Shown: positions 62,566 through 64,000 of the stretch, piece after piece
Layout: each line of letters starts with the position of its first letter
Numbering within the stretch: position 1 is the stretch's first letter
Notes under the pieces: model-generated
Told to the model about the DNA's origin: nothing
What the model saw: only the letters and a program-made list of their open reading frames with translations
Databases searched by the model: none
Source of the DNA: Penicillus capitatus
Lineage: Eukaryota; Plantae; Chlorophyta
DNA: 64,000 nucleotides
Direction: 5' to 3'
NCBI GenBank assembly: GCA_965649825.1
Contig: OZ287698.1
Span: 62,001 to 126,000 of the forward strand
Position numbers and translations under genes: made by a program

Positions 62566-63603
62566 ATGGCCTCTATACTCTTCGCAATGATACACGTCCA
62601 AGCGAGAGAAGTCACTGGAAGCAGCTGGAGTGAGCTGGAAAAGAGAGGAGGGTATTACACGGAAGAAGGCACATGGCGCGGGGGATTTCCATGGATGGCT
62701 CACAGAGCCGAGAAAACTTTGGAAGTCTGTTCCGATAGGCGTCGTTCAGCCAATGGCACTTTTTGCCAATCATGGGAGATTGAGAGAGGTCGCGAATGGG
62801 CATCCAAAATTGGGTTCTGTCACTGCTCACGTCACATCGACGCATACTGTGACAGCTGGCGCTGTTCCTTTTCTTCTGAAAACAGCAATGGGTTCTGTCA
62901 GTCATTGCGAACACATCACTGCCTTCAGTTGTTGAACGAAGAAAAGGTCAAAAGCTGTGACTGTATGGAAGCTGCAGAGAATGGGATGCACTGTCAGCGT
63001 TGGAGATGTCTCACGAATGACGCTTCTGGTGGCAACCCAGAGGAAGGACAATATCACTGCCTCAGTTCAAACTCTTTAAATACGTCCTGTCAGAAATGGG
63101 TGGGAGAATGGAACTCAGAGAAGGAAGTGCAATCGGATGTCTGTGAATGCGAGCAGGAAGGAGATGGTCATTGCCACGCATACTGGTGCAAGACAAAATC
63201 GATGATCCGATGCTCTGAGCAATGGGGAGGATGGTGCCACTTGGAGATTTCTATCGGCCTTTACGGGACACTCGGATGTTTCTTTTTGCTCATAGGGATG
63301 ATGATGCATTGGACACATTGTGCTAATCGTCACGCCAATGTCACACGCGCAATTGTGGTGTGTTCATTGATCGTCATTCTTGTTATACTTTTGTTCGCTG
63401 TGGCCCTTACTGGGGGTGAGTATGGTCTGAGCTGGGTAGCTTTGATGTGGTTTGTATGTTTTCTTGTCTTGGTGTCGGTCAGAATGCTTTTGAAAGCGCA
63501 GCGGGTCAGGAGTTCATCTCTTATGCAGGATCCGAATGCACTACTGCCGCCTGACGAATACGGAATCCATCCCTACCTCTTCAACGGCAGGTTTTACCCT
63601 TAA
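62566..63603 (+). CDS. Intronless membrane protein B, paralog of 59555-60613
   Basis: Same architecture; all 20 ectodomain Cys align with protein A; shared NGTFCQSW, EKEV.S..CEC, RCS..GGWC, WV.LMW and YLFxG.xY. Confidence 0.85.
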   Translation: MASILFAMIHVQAREVTGSSWSELEKRGGYYTEEGTWRGGFPWMAHRAEKTLEVCSDRRRSANGTFCQSWEIERGREWASKIGFCHCSRHIDAYCDSWRCSFSSENSNGFCQSLRTHHCLQLLNEEKVKSCDCMEAAENGMHCQRWRCLTNDASGGNPEEGQYHCLSSNSLNTSCQKWVGEWNSEKEVQSDVCECEQEGDGHCHAYWCKTKSMIRCSEQWGGWCHLEISIGLYGTLGCFFLLIGMMMHWTHCANRHANVTRAIVVCSLIVILVILLFAVALTGGEYGLSWVALMWFVCFLVLVSVRMLLKAQRVRSSSLMQDPNALLPPDEYGIHPYLFNGRFYP

Positions 63604-64000
63604 TTCGAGGCAACCCATCAGATTTCTGTTTTGCTGTTTTTGTCGCCCTATATAAGTATGTCGAGTAGCGCAGGAGCACGTGAGCGTATGGCCCTGATTT
63701 TTGCGGATGAAAACGGAGGGGACCGTAACATTCAATAAGCGTATCATCTCTGTTTTGCTGTTGTCAGCTGTTTCTTTTTTGCGCGGAAAGACAGTACAGT
63801 GAGAATCAATGAAAAAAATCGTACGAACGGGAAGTGGAGCGGAAAGTCTGACGTGTGAATTGGCATTGCTTAGATGTCTTGTTATATTTAAATTGAAAAG
63901 TCAGACGTACGTATTCTCCTCTAAACAAAACGATCACGCCCGTTGCGCACACCGTTATCTGCAGATTCGCCCTGACTGTACCGTGATTTCTTCCCCGTTC

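Overview
Eukaryotic nuclear DNA from a very compact, intron-rich green alga (Chlorophyta inferred from nuclear ClpR, RbcX, pTAC5-like, PHR2-like and TWD40 genes; standard genetic code). It has roughly 35 tightly packed genes split by short (about 40-75 nt) spliceosomal introns, so the ORF track shows exon fragments, and many boundaries below come from manual splicing. Well-supported genes: glutathionyl-hydroquinone reductase (truncated by the window edge), DDX41, pTAC5-like, PHR2-like, EH-WD40-inositol 5-phosphatase, PPR protein, FAD oxidoreductase, TWD40, MSP1/ATAD1, ABCF, F-box/JmjC, ClpR1-like, RbcX, alpha/beta hydrolase, a degenerate F1-alpha-like protein, DUF789, TPT/SLC35C2 transporter, Pelota, NAD kinase, AUG7/HAUS7-like, DDM1, phytochelatin synthase, GID4, cyclophilin H and ECO1. 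No rRNA, tRNA, CRISPR or clear transposon was seen. Most notable: (1) a pair of intronless paralogs encoding a signal peptide, a 20-cysteine Cys/Trp-repeat ectodomain and 3 TM helices that I cannot assign to a family; (2) a nuclear, probably plastid-targeted ATP synthase alpha-like protein with a destroyed P-loop; (3) an EH domain, preceded by its own NPF motif, fused to a WD40 type II 5-phosphatase; (4) six GC-AG introns, overlapping stop codons and start codons only 14 bp apart.
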